DNA from: the human T2T-CHM13v2.0 reference genome, Homo sapiens
Assembly: GCF_009914755.1 (NCBI RefSeq)
Contig: NC_060937.1
Reading direction: 5' to 3' (one strand)
DNA: 64,000 bases
Of this stretch, positions 19,433 through 35,620 are shown in pieces (the stretch's first letter is position 1; the number at the start of each line of letters is the position of its first letter). The position numbers were made by a program, and so were the translations under genes. The notes under the pieces were generated by a model, which saw only the letters and a program-made list of their open reading frames with translations, was not told the DNA's origin and did not search any database.

Positions 19433-21231
19433 GAAGAAAATTCCAATTACATCACTCCTTTGCATTACATCCTAAGACTAATTTAAAGAGGGTATCACAA
19501 AAATAGAAATGATAGCGACAGAAAATAGTCCCAATTTTCACTGCACTGTTGCTAAGACCACCTTGCCACTCATCATTATAGAATGCCTTTCAGGTAACAT
19601 AATAAGAGCCATTTTTAAAATGGAACCTTACTATACCCATGTGTGACAGGCAGAGGGACTCTATTATTATTCATAGTTTACAGATGAAGCAGTTAGATTT
19701 GCCCCAGGTCACTGGCTTATTAAATGACAGGCTAAGACAGAACCAAGTTTTATTCTCAAATAAGACCATAAACAAGAGGATTGATCCAAATGAATTATAA
19801 AATTTTCTTACAGCCCCAGTAACAATAATAGATAAGCTAATGATTTCTTTAATAAAAATCTGATATGACAAGTAGAATGTGACAGAATCAACATGATCAA
19901 TTAATCAGATTTGGGTAGTAGTTTGGTACCTAAATGTTGGATGCTCTTGGACATAAAGATGACAGTATTTATGACGATAAAGATGACCATTCCACAGTTT
20001 GAGAATTTCTACAGAGAGAGAGATGAAGAAAATTTCTGGAGTTATTGAAACTGTGTGAAGATGAATTATTTGGTTGATGCACTGCTATCATTCTAAATGG
20101 ACTTCACTTTCTGAAAAAATAACGCATAAGGATGAAATATGTATTGAATGAAAATTATATTTTGTTTTTCCATTTTTTACCTAATAAAAAAATCAGAAAA
20201 AGATTTTTTTTTAAAAAAAGAAAAGATGACTGTAATAGACAATGGAGACTAGTAGAGGCAGTAGAGAGGGCAGCCAGGGTTGAAAAACTACAGGGTACTA
20301 AGCTTCATATCTGCATGATGAGATCAGTCATACCCCAAACCTCAGCATGGCACAATATACCCGGGTAACAAACCTGCCTAGACATTTGTGTAAAATGAGA
20401 CGATTGCAGGGTAGTTTTAAAAGTCATTCCCCTTATGAAAATATGGAATGTTGTGCACATTATTTCATAGACTTTGTGCTTAGTTAAAGGTCTTAACCAA
20501 AAATTCTAAATGATTTCTCCTATTAATAAATAGATATCAATAACATCATTTTAATGGGCTCTATGAAGACCTTATTGAGTGATTGTATCATAATTCAACA
20601 AGTGCCCTATTGTTGAACACTTAGATTCTTTCTGATTATTTCCCTTTACAAAAAATGCTATATTGTAAATTGTTGTATGTATTTTTAAGTTATGAAATTG
20701 TTAGGGCAAAAGGTGAATAAATGTAAGGTCTTTGATAAATAGTCAGAATTCTCTCCATAGAGGATACGATAAAGCATCTTTTCATTTGAAGGAGCAAGAA
20801 TAACTGCTAAATACTTCTGAGACTTCCAGTACTTTTTTGGTTTTAAGTTTTGTTGTTGTTTATTTGGTTTTTTGGAGGTTTTCTGTTTTGTTTTATAAGT
20901 AGGTTTCAGTATTGCTAAGTATTCAGTCATGGTGGATATTCGAAGAATAATTTCTCTCTTTGGGATTATTCCTCTAACACTATGAGCAAGTATCACTGTG
21001 TTCTTTCTCTAAAGGAAAATATAAAGCATAGACAAATTAAATGCTGCTCAGATTCTAAAACTATGAAAATATAACAATGGAGAAACAAATAGCAAGTCTG
21101 TAGCTACTCAATGACTTTAGCATTGAGTGGATCCTAAAATGCCTATTTTGCACAGAATGAAAAAGATACAGCAGGTTCCTTTGGAAGATCAAAGTGAGAA
21201 AATTGACTACAGCTTTAACAGCCTTAAAATA

Positions 21232-21390
21232 AATACCTAATGTAAATGACAAGTTAATGGGTGCAGCAAACCAACACAGCACATGTATACATATGTAACA
21301 AACCTGCACGTTGTGCACATGTACCCTAGAACTTAAAGTATAATAAAAATAAATAAATACATAAAATAAAATGAATAAAAAATAAATACA
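21232..21390 (+). mobile_element. Very short L1PA 3' end
   Basis: tacctaatgtaaatgacaagttaatgggtgcagc...gtaccctagaacttaaagtataataaaa followed by an A-rich tail. Confidence 0.88.
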
Positions 21391-21529
21391 AACATATTAA
21401 TCATAAGTAAATGAAACATCTGATAATCTCATTATGTCTGGTAGTAATGTCACCTCTGAGTATTTAAATATTCATCTACATATTTCTTTGCTAAATTTCC
21501 TTTTATTTCTCCTTTATATTAAACTTTTT

Positions 21530-22440
21530 TTTAGAGAGCACAACTCCAAAGCATCTTTTATTAATATAGAAAGGTCATATTTAGCAAAAGACACAAGGCA
21601 GGGAAGTGTCAGGCCTGAGGCCTGAGCTGTGCTGAGGGACAAGGAGGCTCCGGACAAGTGCTGGGAAGGGCTGAGTGGTGGGGGCCACAGAAAGTTCCAG
21701 TGGGCAACACTGTCGGCAGGTCATGGGTGGGACTCACGGGGACCTCGTTGCTAACTCTTGTTGCGTTGGCGGGGTGGGGTGGGGAGGGGGGTCCTTAGTG
21801 CTGCCACCTGGAGTGAGAACCGCCCCTTGGTTCCTGGAGGGCACCCATCAAGGGACACAGGATAGGAAGCCCAGGATGGTTAGTGCAACTAGGGATGAAG
21901 GCCAGGGAGAAGCAGGTGCTCTGGAGTCCAGACACAGAGGCCTAGGAACTTCCTGTTAAGTGTGGGCGTTCCGCTCTGTCTCTACCAGGCACTCTGACTA
22001 GGGATGGATGATACCTCTCTTCAGGCGCTCCGCAGCGCTCTTGCTGCCAGCATAGGTGGGCCGGATCACTTTGCCCATCTCCCCTGTGACCAACAGCAGT
22101 TCCGTGTAGGTGCTCTGGGAGCCCTGGGCACCAGGTGGTTTCATGGCCTGCACACAACCGATGGTAGGCGGTCCAAAGTCTTTAAACAGCGGTCTGAAAG
22201 GGGCAGTGGCTCCCGGCCCTGAGCCCGACGGTGATGGGACGCTTCCTGTAGGGACCAGAGTGCCTGGCCCAGGGGTGCTGGAGCCGGGGGTGCTGCTGGG
22301 GGCAGGTGTGGTAGGTTTGTAGGACATCCCCAACTCCTGGGCGCTGGGGAAGCCAGCAGGCTGCTCTTCGGGGGTTGGCTGCGGGACCGCTCAGCAGCGA
22401 TCTGATTGGCAAGCGGGCTGCACGCCCCCTGGTAAATCTG
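21530..22440 (-). pseudogene. CDK2AP2P: Processed CDK2AP2 (DOC-1R) pseudogene
   Basis: ORF from ATG 22327, [22 protein letters not shown]...[21 protein letters not shown], matches CDK2AP2. It is intronless, has AATAAA at 21562-21557 (minus), a short poly(A), and TSD tattaaacttttt at 21517-21529 and 22441-22453. A small deletion gives a premature stop at 21998. Confidence 0.95.
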
Positions 22441-22976
22441 TATTAAACTTTTTAACTGCAATTTGTATTAATCTAAATACAGTTCAAATATTCTCCATGA
22501 AAATTTCACATTTGAGTTGAGACATCCTAAAATTTAAAATACACAATGGATTTCAAAGATTTCATATGAAAAAAGAACGCAAACTATCTCTAATAATTTT
22601 TATATTGATTACATATTGACCCAATATTTTGGATATATATTGGGTTAAATAAAATATACAATTTAAAAAAATTATGCTACATTTTTGTTAAAAAATTTAA
22701 ATAAACTATATATGAAATTATTTCTTGGGATAGAAAAGGGGACATGATTAAATATTTACTTAAACTTTTTTCAAAAACATATCTTTAAAACACATTTTCA
22801 AACACAACAAAAGTATTTTAATTTTGAATAGGTAAAATAAACTTATTCCTGCTGAAATTCAATCATGGCATGATTTCCTTTGTGTGCATTTGAGGACTCT
22901 GTTTATAACCCAGATAAAAACATAAAACTTTTGAAACTCTTCTAAGAATGTCTAACACAAATTACCTGTATAGGTA

Positions 22977-23790
22977 TCACGGCACAGACGATGCTGAGGC
23001 CGGACTGACTGAAGAAGAACAGGCTGAAGATGCTGTACTCACACAGCAGCTGGCCCCCAGGTTACCCGCCCTTCGTGTACATGGCGATGGTCACCTGGCT
23101 CACCAGCAAAGTGAACAACAGGTCGGTGGCAGTCAGCCGCATAACTGTGTAGAAGGTGGTCTCCTTCTGCTCCTTGCGCGACTTGCACAGCACCACGATG
23201 GCCACCAGGTTGCCCACCACCCCGAAAATGGACGGTCCCAGGCTGTCCAGCAGATTGGGCTCCAGGCCAAGGACACACTGGCCTGGGAAGGGGTTAACAT
23301 GACAGTGGCTGGTGGTACACAGCCCTGGAGTGTGAAGCTGAGTCTGGAGATGGCAGAAGAGAGACAAAGCCACCATGAGTGAAATGACCACCTGCAGGGC
23401 ATTAGACCCGCGCCCAGGAAACGGGATGCTAACATGACAAGGGAGGAACTCAATCCCACTCTCTGGATTGCAACCACTTACCAACGGCAGCCACCCAAAT
23501 CTCTAGGCTCCCTCTGCTCCTGCCAGCAGCACACCCTTGCTGATCTTAATATTTATAAACTGAGCCTCTCATTCCTCTTCCTCCCCCCAGCCTATCTCAC
23601 TCCACTGACAAGACCTATCTCCAGGGAAAGGTAGCGCCCTAGTATTATTCCCGACAGATTCTGAGTTAATAAAATGCACATTGAAACCCTGGAAGACAAT
23701 TTGGAAAGCGCTCTCTTTCCTCCTTGGCTCCCCTGGCAGCGCCCCATCTCCGCACCCTTTGCCCGATGGCCCACATCCCATGTCACGTGT
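22977..23790 (-). pseudogene. PTGER4P: Unprocessed prostaglandin E receptor 4 fragment (upstream intron-type sequence plus first part of the first coding exon, TM1-TM3)
   Basis: IFGVVGNLVAIVVLCKSRKEQKETTFYT...TDLLFTLLVSQVTIAMYTKG*PGGQLLCEYS matches EP4. ATG at 23300 is preceded by a retained acceptor (tctcttctgccatctccag, AG at 23345-23344). There is an in-frame stop at 23062. Homology ends abruptly near 22977 with no poly(A). Confidence 0.9.
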
Positions 23791-23814
23791 AGCGGCCCCA
23801 GTGGTGGGGCCTAA

Positions 23815-27786
<3,972 letters not shown>

Positions 27787-28051
27787 CCCCTGACCCTGAC
27801 CCTAACCCCTGACCCTGACTCCTAACCCTGACCCCTAACTCCTGACCCAAACCCTAACCGCTATCCCCAACCCTAACCCCTAACCCCAACCCTCACCCTA
27901 ACCCAACCCTAACCCCTAATCCCTAACATCTCTTAAACCCTAACTCTAAACGTTGACTCCTAACCCCTAACTCTGACCCCAATCCCTATCTCCAACCCCT
28001 AACCCTAAACTTAACCCCTAACCCCTAACCCTAACACCAACCTTAACCCTA
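27787..28051 (+). repeat. Interstitial degenerate telomeric repeat (CCCTAA)n with CCCTGA/CCCCAA variants
   Basis: Direct reading: cccctgaccctgaccctaacccct...ccctaacccctaaccctaac...cttaaccctag. Confidence 0.95.
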
Positions 28052-28825
28052 GGTTCGTTACTACGTTTGTATTGACTATGTCAATGTTGATTATTATGAT
28101 CGCTGTCTTTGGACTGCACGGCAGCGAGGCGATTGCGGATCTTATATTAATATTTTTGTATTGAGGCAGTGCATTAGCATTACAGGTGCTTGTTACATGA
28201 GCAATGGGGGTGTCATACTTTGGGTGTCATGTCTGCATTAGGAATGCCGCATTTGTCTTCCGAGGCTGCGGTGTGGATCTCGCACTGCGGCCGCCTCGGC
28301 TTGGCCGGGGAGAACCTCGGTGGGTAGGATTCAGAGGGGCTTTTGGTTTCCCGTTTTCCACACTGAATCCTTCTAACTGGTCTCTGACCCTGATTATTAA
28401 GGGCTGCAAACAGGAAGGATTTTATTCACCGTCTATGCGGTCCCGAGTAGTCCCAAAGCGAGGCAGTGCCCCCAAGGTCTGTGCTGAGAACGCTGCTCTG
28501 CCTTCGCGGTGTCCCCCGGGTGTGTGCTGAGCAGAACGCAGCTCCGCCCTCGCGGTGCCCCCGGCGCGCCCGCCCGGGTCTGTGCTGAGGAGAACACTGC
28601 TCCGCCTTCTCTGTATCTCCGAAGTCTGTGCAGAGGAGAACTCAGCTCCGCCCTCGCGATGCTCTCCCGGTCTGTGCTGACGAGAAGGCACCTCTGCCCT
28701 CGCAAAGGGAGAGCGCCCTTCGCAAAGGCAGAGCGCCCTTCGCAAAGGCAGAGAGGCGCAGAGCGCCGGCGCAGGCGCGGAGGGGGCGCAGGGCGCCGGC
28801 GCAGGCGCGGAGAGGCGCAGAGCAG
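28052..28825. repeat. TAR1 telomere-associated repeat with CpG-rich subtelomeric minisatellites
   Basis: Repeated gtctgtgctgag(g)agaac...ctccgccctcgcg units (28477-28705) and ~29-bp gcgccggcgcaggcgcggagag units (28750-28822), directly internal to (CCCTAA)n as at human chromosome ends. Confidence 0.88.
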
Positions 28826-29792
28826 GGCAGGTGGCACCAACAGCGGGTCCCTCAGGCCTCGAGCGCACGCATTCCAGTGGCCACCCAGACCATGCTCCAC
28901 CGACTGGGCGCACAAGCTGCAGTCGCCCTCTGTGTGCAGCAGCAGCTGCCTGGCAACCCCCGAGCCCGCTCGCGCTGCCAGCATCGCAGAACCAGGGCCA
29001 GGTGTCCCAGTGGCTGCGGCCAAGCCAGGCATTCTGGCCGGCGGCGGCGGCTGCACAGGAGCGAGAACTGAGAACCCGCCGCTCAACCCCACACGGGTGA
29101 CTGCCGAGTGCCCATACCAACGGCCCCGATCTCCCTCAGGTGGAGGACTGGGCGGGAGGCACAGCCTGGGGGCCCTCAGGCTGGGCGCGCTGGCGATCCC
29201 GAGGCCGACCAGGCCATGCACCTCCAGCCCGCCTGGGCACCCAAGCTGCAGCCACCTTCTGTGTGCAGGCAGCAACCTCCAGGCAACTCCCGAGTCCGCC
29301 CTCACTTCCCACATCTCGGAACGAGGGCCAGATGTCCCTGTGGCTGCGGCCAAGCCAGGCGGTCTGCCCTGCAGCAGCTGCACGGGGGCGGGAACCGGCC
29401 CTCAGCCCTATCCCCCGTGGCTGCAGAGGGCCCTTGGCTAGAGGTCTCGAGCTCTGGCAGAGGAGGAGCCGGGCGGGGGCAGGGTCTGGCGGGCTCTCAG
29501 GCCAGGGGCACTCGCGATCCAGAGGCCGCCCAGGCCATGCTCCACCACCTGGGCGCCCAGCTACAGGCGCCAGGCAACTCCCAAGCTGGCTGGCGCGCCC
29601 AGCCTCGCAGACCTGGGCGTGGATGTCGCCGTGGCTGCGGCCAAGCCAGGCGGTCTGCCCGGCGGCGGCTGCACCGGGGCAGGAACCGACCCTCAGCCCC
29701 ATCCCCGGTGGCTGCGGACGGCCCCTGGAGAGGCCCCGACCTCTCTTCGGAGGAGAAGAGGGGCGGGAGTCAAGGACAGGCAGGCCCTCAGG
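28826..29792. repeat. Diverged GC-rich tandem repeat, three units of ~290-330 bp (CpG island)
   Basis: Core gtggctgcggccaagccaggc at 29010, 29340 and 29631, with co-linear ctcagg, ccatgc and ggcaac motifs in each unit. Confidence 0.85.
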
Positions 29793-29864
29793 CGGGAAGG
29801 GATGCGCGCCTGCGATTCCGGGACATACCGCGCCAGCCCAGGAGAACCCGGAAGCCCGCAGCGC

Positions 29865-32800
29865 CTGTTTCTCTGTGTGATTCTGTGAGGAACCACCAAA
29901 TTGTTTTCCACGGCAAGTGCATCATTTTCTATTCCTAGCAGCCAGTTCATAAGGGCTCCAATTTCTCCACCTCCTTAGCAACACTGATTTTCTGTGTCGT
30001 TGTTATGAAAGCCTTACTAGTGGATGCAAAGTGGCATCTCATTTGGGTTTTGTCTTGCATTTTATTAATGAATAACGGTGTTTAGCATCTTTTCTTGTCC
30101 GTCTTAGACATTTGTGTATCTTCTTCGGAGAAATGTCTATTCAAGTCCTTTGCCTATTTTTTAACTGGGATGTTAGAAATTCTGATGTTGAGTTGTGGGA
30201 TATTAAGCTTTTATCAGATACGCACTTTGATTTTATCAGATACATATTTTCTCACATACTATGGGTTGTCTTTTAACTCCCTTGATAGTATCCTTTGATG
30301 CATAAAGGTTTTTTATTTTGATTAAATCTAATTTACGTGTATTTTCTTTTGTTATCTGTGCTTTTCTGTCATATTTCAAAATACACTTAAAACTCAAAGG
30401 TCATAAAGGTTTACCTTGTGTTTTCTTCTAAGAGTTACATACTTTAGTCCTTACATTTAAGTCTTTTATTAATTTAGAATTAATTTTTGTGTATACTGCA
30501 AGGTAGGGGTCTAACTTCTCTCTTGTGCATTGACTTCCAGCTGTTGGAGAGACTGTTCTTTCCTCCCTTGACTAGACTTGGACAGCTTGTTGAACAGTCA
30601 TTGACCATACATGTGAGCACTAATTTGTAGGATCTCAAATCTGTTCTATTTTATTGGTCTAAAAGTCTATTAGTCTTATGCCAGTACCACACTCTCTTGA
30701 TTACTGTAGATTTGTAGTAGGCTGTGAAACTGAAAAATGTGAGTTTTCTAATATTCTTTTTCAAGACTGTTTTGTCTGTCAGATCCTTTGAATTTTTGTA
30801 TGAATTGTAGAATGAGTTTCTTTCTTTCTGCAGAAATGCCTTTGGGATTTTGATGGTACTGCATTGAATCTGTAGATTACTTTAGATGGTATTGTCATCT
30901 TAACAATATTGTCTTACAACCCATGAACACAGAATGTCTTTCCAGTTATTTCCACTCTCTTTCGTTTTTTTCAGCAAAGTTTTGTGTATACCACCATGGT
31001 TAGATTTATGCCTGAATAACTTATTCTTTGATGCTATTATAAATGGAATTTTTAAAATGTTTTCATAGTTCTTTACAACTATATAGAAATATAGCTCATT
31101 TGCCTATGTTTGTTTTGCATCCTGCCTCTTTTATTAGTTATAATCGGTTTTGTGTTTTATTTGGAGCTTTATACACATAAGATCATGTGTATATATAATT
31201 TTACTTCTGTTTTTTTATTTCTAATTTAGATGCCTTTTATTTCTTTGTCTTGCCTAATTGCTCTGGCTAAAATTGCCAGTGGTATGTTGAATACAAGTGG
31301 CAAATGAACCGTGCTTGTCTTGTTCTAGATGTTAGGAAAACAGCTTTCAGTGTTTCATCATTGATCATGATATTAACTGTTGGGTTTTTGTACATCCTAT
31401 TGTCATGTTGCAGAAAATCCCTTCTATGCCTAGTTTATTGAATATTTTTATTATAGAAGGGTGTTGTATTTCATCAATGTTTTCTCTGCATCAATTGAAA
31501 TAATCACGTGCTTATTCATTTTACTGTTAGAGTATATTACACTGATTGATTTTTTATATGTTGAGCCACTCTTGCATTTTGGGGATAAATCTCACAGGGT
31601 GATAGTTTACAATCCTTTGATTATACAGTATTGCTGCTAGTATTTTGCTAGTATTGCTAGTATTTTGCTGAGATTTTTGCTTATATATTCATAAGGGATA
31701 TTGTGCTGTAGTTCTCTTTTTTGTGCTCTCTTTGGCTTTGGTATAAGGATAATGCTGTTATCAAAAAATGAATTAGCAAGTATTCCTTCTTCATATATTA
31801 TGTCGGAAGAGTTTGAGAAGAAATAGTATTAATTCTTTTTTAAATGTTAGGTTGACTCACCAGTTAATGCAGCTATTTGGTCATAAATGTTTCTTTGTTA
31901 ATCGCTTTCGATTACTAATTCAATATCCTAGGTTATAGGTCTATTCAGATTTTCTCTTTCTTCTGGAGCCACTTTCGTAGTTTGTATCTTTCTAGTGATT
32001 CGTCCATTTCATCCAGGGCAGCTAATTTGTTGTTAGACAGTTGTTCACAGTATACTCCTGTAATCCTTTTGTATTTCTGTAAAGTTGGTAGTAATGGCTC
32101 TGCTTTCATTTATTATTTTAATAATTAGTCTTCCATCTTTTGCTCAGTCAATATAGTGAAAGGCTTGATCTTTCAAATAATCTATGTTTATTCATTCTAC
32201 TGCTCTCCAAACTTCTATTTTATTGATTTATGCTCTAATTATGCTCTCTATTATTTCTTTCATACTGCTAGCTTTGGATTTAGTCTTCTTTTGTCTTCTT
32301 CCACTGCCTTTAGGTATAGAGTGAGGATGTTGATTTGAGATTTTTCTTAAATGTAGTTGTTTATATCCATACATTTTCCTTTGAACTCTACTTTCACTGC
32401 ATTCAATAAGTTTTGGTATGTTTTGTTTTTATTTTAATTTATCTCAAGATATTTTATAATTTTGCTTGTGATTTATTTTTTTCACTCACTGGTAGTTGAA
32501 GACTGTATTGTTTAATTTCCACATTTTCATGAATTTTCCAGTTTTCACTTATTTATCTGTTGTTTCTTCCATTGTGGTTGTAAATTATATTTTGTATGAT
32601 TTCAAACTTTTAAAAATGATTAGGATATATTTTGTGGACGAAGATATGGCCCATCCTAGAGAACTTCCATATACACTTGAAAGGAATGTATATTCTGCTG
32701 TTGTTGGATGGACTGTGCTGTATATGCGTATTAGCTCTCAGTGGCTTATACTGTTGTTTAACTCTTGTATTTCTCATGAAGCTTCTGTCTGGTTTTTCTA

Positions 32801-32880
32801 TCCATTAATTAAAATGAGGTATTGAAGTGTCCAACTGTGACTATAGAACTGTGGGTTTATCCTTTCAATCCTGTTAATTA
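29865..32880 (-). mobile_element. Old L1M-type ORF2 fragment, antisense
   Basis: T-rich antisense L1 motifs: ttcggagaaatgtctattcaagtcctttgcc, tatgccagtaccacac, gcattgaatctgtagat. Confidence 0.8.
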
Positions 32881-33059
32881 TTTCAGCTTTACTGAGGTGT
32901 AATAGAGAAATAAAAATTGTACATGTGATGCGTTTATATGCACATTCTGAAATGATTACCAAAACGAAGTCAATGAACATGTTAATTACCTCACAGAATA
33001 GTTACCTTTTTGTGTGCATGTGTGGGATAAGAAAACTTAACTCTATCCCCTGTGACTGC

Positions 33060-33772
33060 AGAGTGGACATTCCGGCTGCTCCAGGCTCCAGCAGAGGAAG
33101 ACTGGGGCAGGTGGCATCACCAGGGAGGCCCTCAGGCCTGGCGCGCACGCATTCCAGAGGCCACCCAGACCACGCTCCGCCACCTGGGCGCACAAGCTGC
33201 AGTCGCCCTCCGTGTGCAGGCAGCAGCTGCCTGGCAACCCCTGAGCCCGCTTGTGCTCCCAGTCTCGCAGAACCAGGGCCAGGTATCCCTGTGGCTGTGG
33301 CCAAGCCAGGCATTCTGCCCAGCGGTGGCGGCTGCACAGGGGCGAGAACTGAGAACCCGCCGATCAACCCCACACGGGGTGACTGCCGAGTGCCCATGAC
33401 AGCGGCCCCGATCTCTCTCAGGTGGAGGAGTGGGTGGGAGGCATGGCCTGGGGGCCCTCAGGCTGGGCGCGCTGGCGATCCCGAGGCCGACCAGGCCATG
33501 CACCTCCAGCCCGCCTGGGCTCCCAAGCTGCAGCCGCCTTCTGTGTGCAGACAGCAGCCTCCAGGCAACTCCTGAGCGTGCCCGCTCTCCCCACATCTCC
33601 GAAGCAGGGCCAGATGTCCCTGTGGCTGCGGCCAAGCCAGGCGGTCTGCCCTGCAGCAGCTGCACGGGGGCGGGAAGCGGCCCTCAGCCCCATCCCCAGT
33701 GGCTGCAGAGGGCCCCTGGCTAGAGGTCTCGAGCTCTGGCAGAGGAGGAGCCGGGTAGGGGCAGGGTCTGGC
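33060..33772. repeat. Second copy of GC-rich repeat units 1-2 (direct duplicate of ~28826-29490)
   Basis: Near-identical sequence in the same orientation, with cores at 33291 and 33622 (spacing 331 versus 330). Confidence 0.92.
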
Positions 33773-33868
33773 TTGACCATTTGGAATTACAATACACTTC
33801 ACTCATCAACCACAGAACATACACTGGAGTATCATCTGCGTGCAGATGAGTATACTGCTCAAAGCGAT

Positions 33869-35620
33869 TTACAGATTCAATGCTTTTCCTATCAAACTAC
33901 TAATGTCATTTTGCACAAAATAGAAAACATCTAAAATTTATATGGAACCTAAAAGGAGTCTGAATAGCCAAGCCAAAGCAATACTAAGGCTAGAGACATA
34001 GGCTAGAGACATCATAGTACATGACTTCAAACTATACTAGAAGACTATAGTAATCAAAACAACATGGTACTGGTAGAAAAACAGACACATAGACCAATGG
34101 AACAGACTAGAGTACTAGAAACTAAGGCCACATGCCTGCAACCATCACATCTTTAACAAAGTTGACAAAAGTAAGCAATGGGAAAAAGACTTTTTATTTA
34201 ATAAATAATGTGGGGATAACTGGCTAGTCATATGCAGAAGAATAAAACTCGACCTCCATATTTCACCAAATACAAAAATTAGCTTAAGATGGATTAAAGA
34301 GTTAAATGAAAAATCTCAAGCTATAAAACGCCTAGAAAAAACCTAGGAAATACTTTTTTTGATAACGGCCTTGCCAAGTAATTTATGGCTAAGTCCTCAA
34401 AAGCAATTGCAACTAAAACAAAAAATGACAAGTGGGATTTAATTAAACTGAAAAACTTTTGCACAACAAGAGGAACTATCAAGGTAGTAAAGAGATAACC
34501 CACAGAATGAAAGAAAATATTCACAAACTACGCATCTAACAGAGGTCTATTATGCAGAACCTATAAGGAACTTAAACAAATCAACAAGCAAGCAGCAAGT
34601 AACTCCATTAAAATGTGGGCAACAGGACATGAACGGACACTTTTCAAAAGAAGACATACACACAAGCACCCAACAAACATATGTAAAAGTGCTCATCGTC
34701 ATTATTTATTAGAGAAATGCAAATCAAAACCAAAATGAAATACCATTTCACACCGTTCAGAATGGCTTTTTTTGAAAAGTTAAAAGAAAAACACATATCG
34801 GTGAAGATTTAGAGAATAGAGAACACTTATACACTTTCTGAATGAATGTAAATTAGTTCAGTCACTGTGGAAAGCAGGTTGGGGATTTCTTAAAGAACTG
34901 AGAATTGATCTACCATTCAATCCAGTAACCCCATTACTGGGTATATACCCGAAAGAAAATAAATATCCTATCAAAAAGACACATGTAGCCATATTTTTAT
35001 CACAGCAGTATTCACAATCACAAAGACATAGGCTTAATCCAGACATCCATCAGTGGTGGTCTAAAGACTCATGGAATACTCTACAGCCAGAAAAAACTCA
35101 AAATTATGCCATTTGAAGCAACATGGATGCATTGTTTCCAGCAAACTAATGCAAAAGCAAAAAACAAAATACCGCATGTTCTCTTTCATAAGTAGGAGCT
35201 AAATGCTGGGTACACACGGTCATAATACAGAGGGGTGGGAGGGGCCGGGACGGTGGCTTACGCCTATAATCCCAACACTTTGGGAGGCCAAGGTGAGCGC
35301 ATCACCCGAGGTCAGGAGTTTGAGACCAGCCTGGCCAACGTGGTGAAACCCCGCCTCTAATGAAAACACAAAAATTAACTGGGCATGGTGGCTGGCGCCT
35401 GTAATCCCAGCTACTCGGGGGTCTGAGGCGGAGAGTCGCTTGAACCCGGGGGGCGGAGTTTGTAGTGAGCCAAGATCGCGCCACATCACTCCAGCCTGGG
35501 CGACGGAGCAAAACTCTGTCTCAAAAACAAACAAACAAACAAAAAACAAAGAGGGAGGGGGGAGGGAATACAGATTGATTAAAACTACCGATTGGTTAGT
35601 GTCCTCTCTACCTTGGTAAT
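33869..35620 (+). mobile_element. L1 (PA/PB-age) 3' portion
   Basis: Motifs from the ORF2 3' end: gacttcaaactatac, agacacatagaccaatggaacag, ccattactgggtatataccc. Confidence 0.85.
35243..35550 (+). mobile_element. Alu (S type) within L1 3'UTR
   Basis: Canonical dimer with an (AAAC)n tail. Confidence 0.93.

Noticed and set aside
27787-28051. The human chromosome 2 ancestral fusion site
   Set aside because: Only one repeat orientation is present and TAR1 lies on one side only. The fusion site has head-to-head arrays.
29010-29651. Regularly spaced 21-bp identical repeats resembling a CRISPR array
   Set aside because: The intervening ~300 bp are homologous to each other, there are no cas genes, and the context is primate. 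It is a tandem repeat.
28422-29938. Many long overlapping ORFs (232-316 aa) on both strands, and similar ones at 32925-33934
   Set aside because: They arise from stop-poor GC-rich TAR1 and tandem-repeat DNA. The peptides are Ala/Gly/Pro/Arg-rich in all frames with no recognisable domain.
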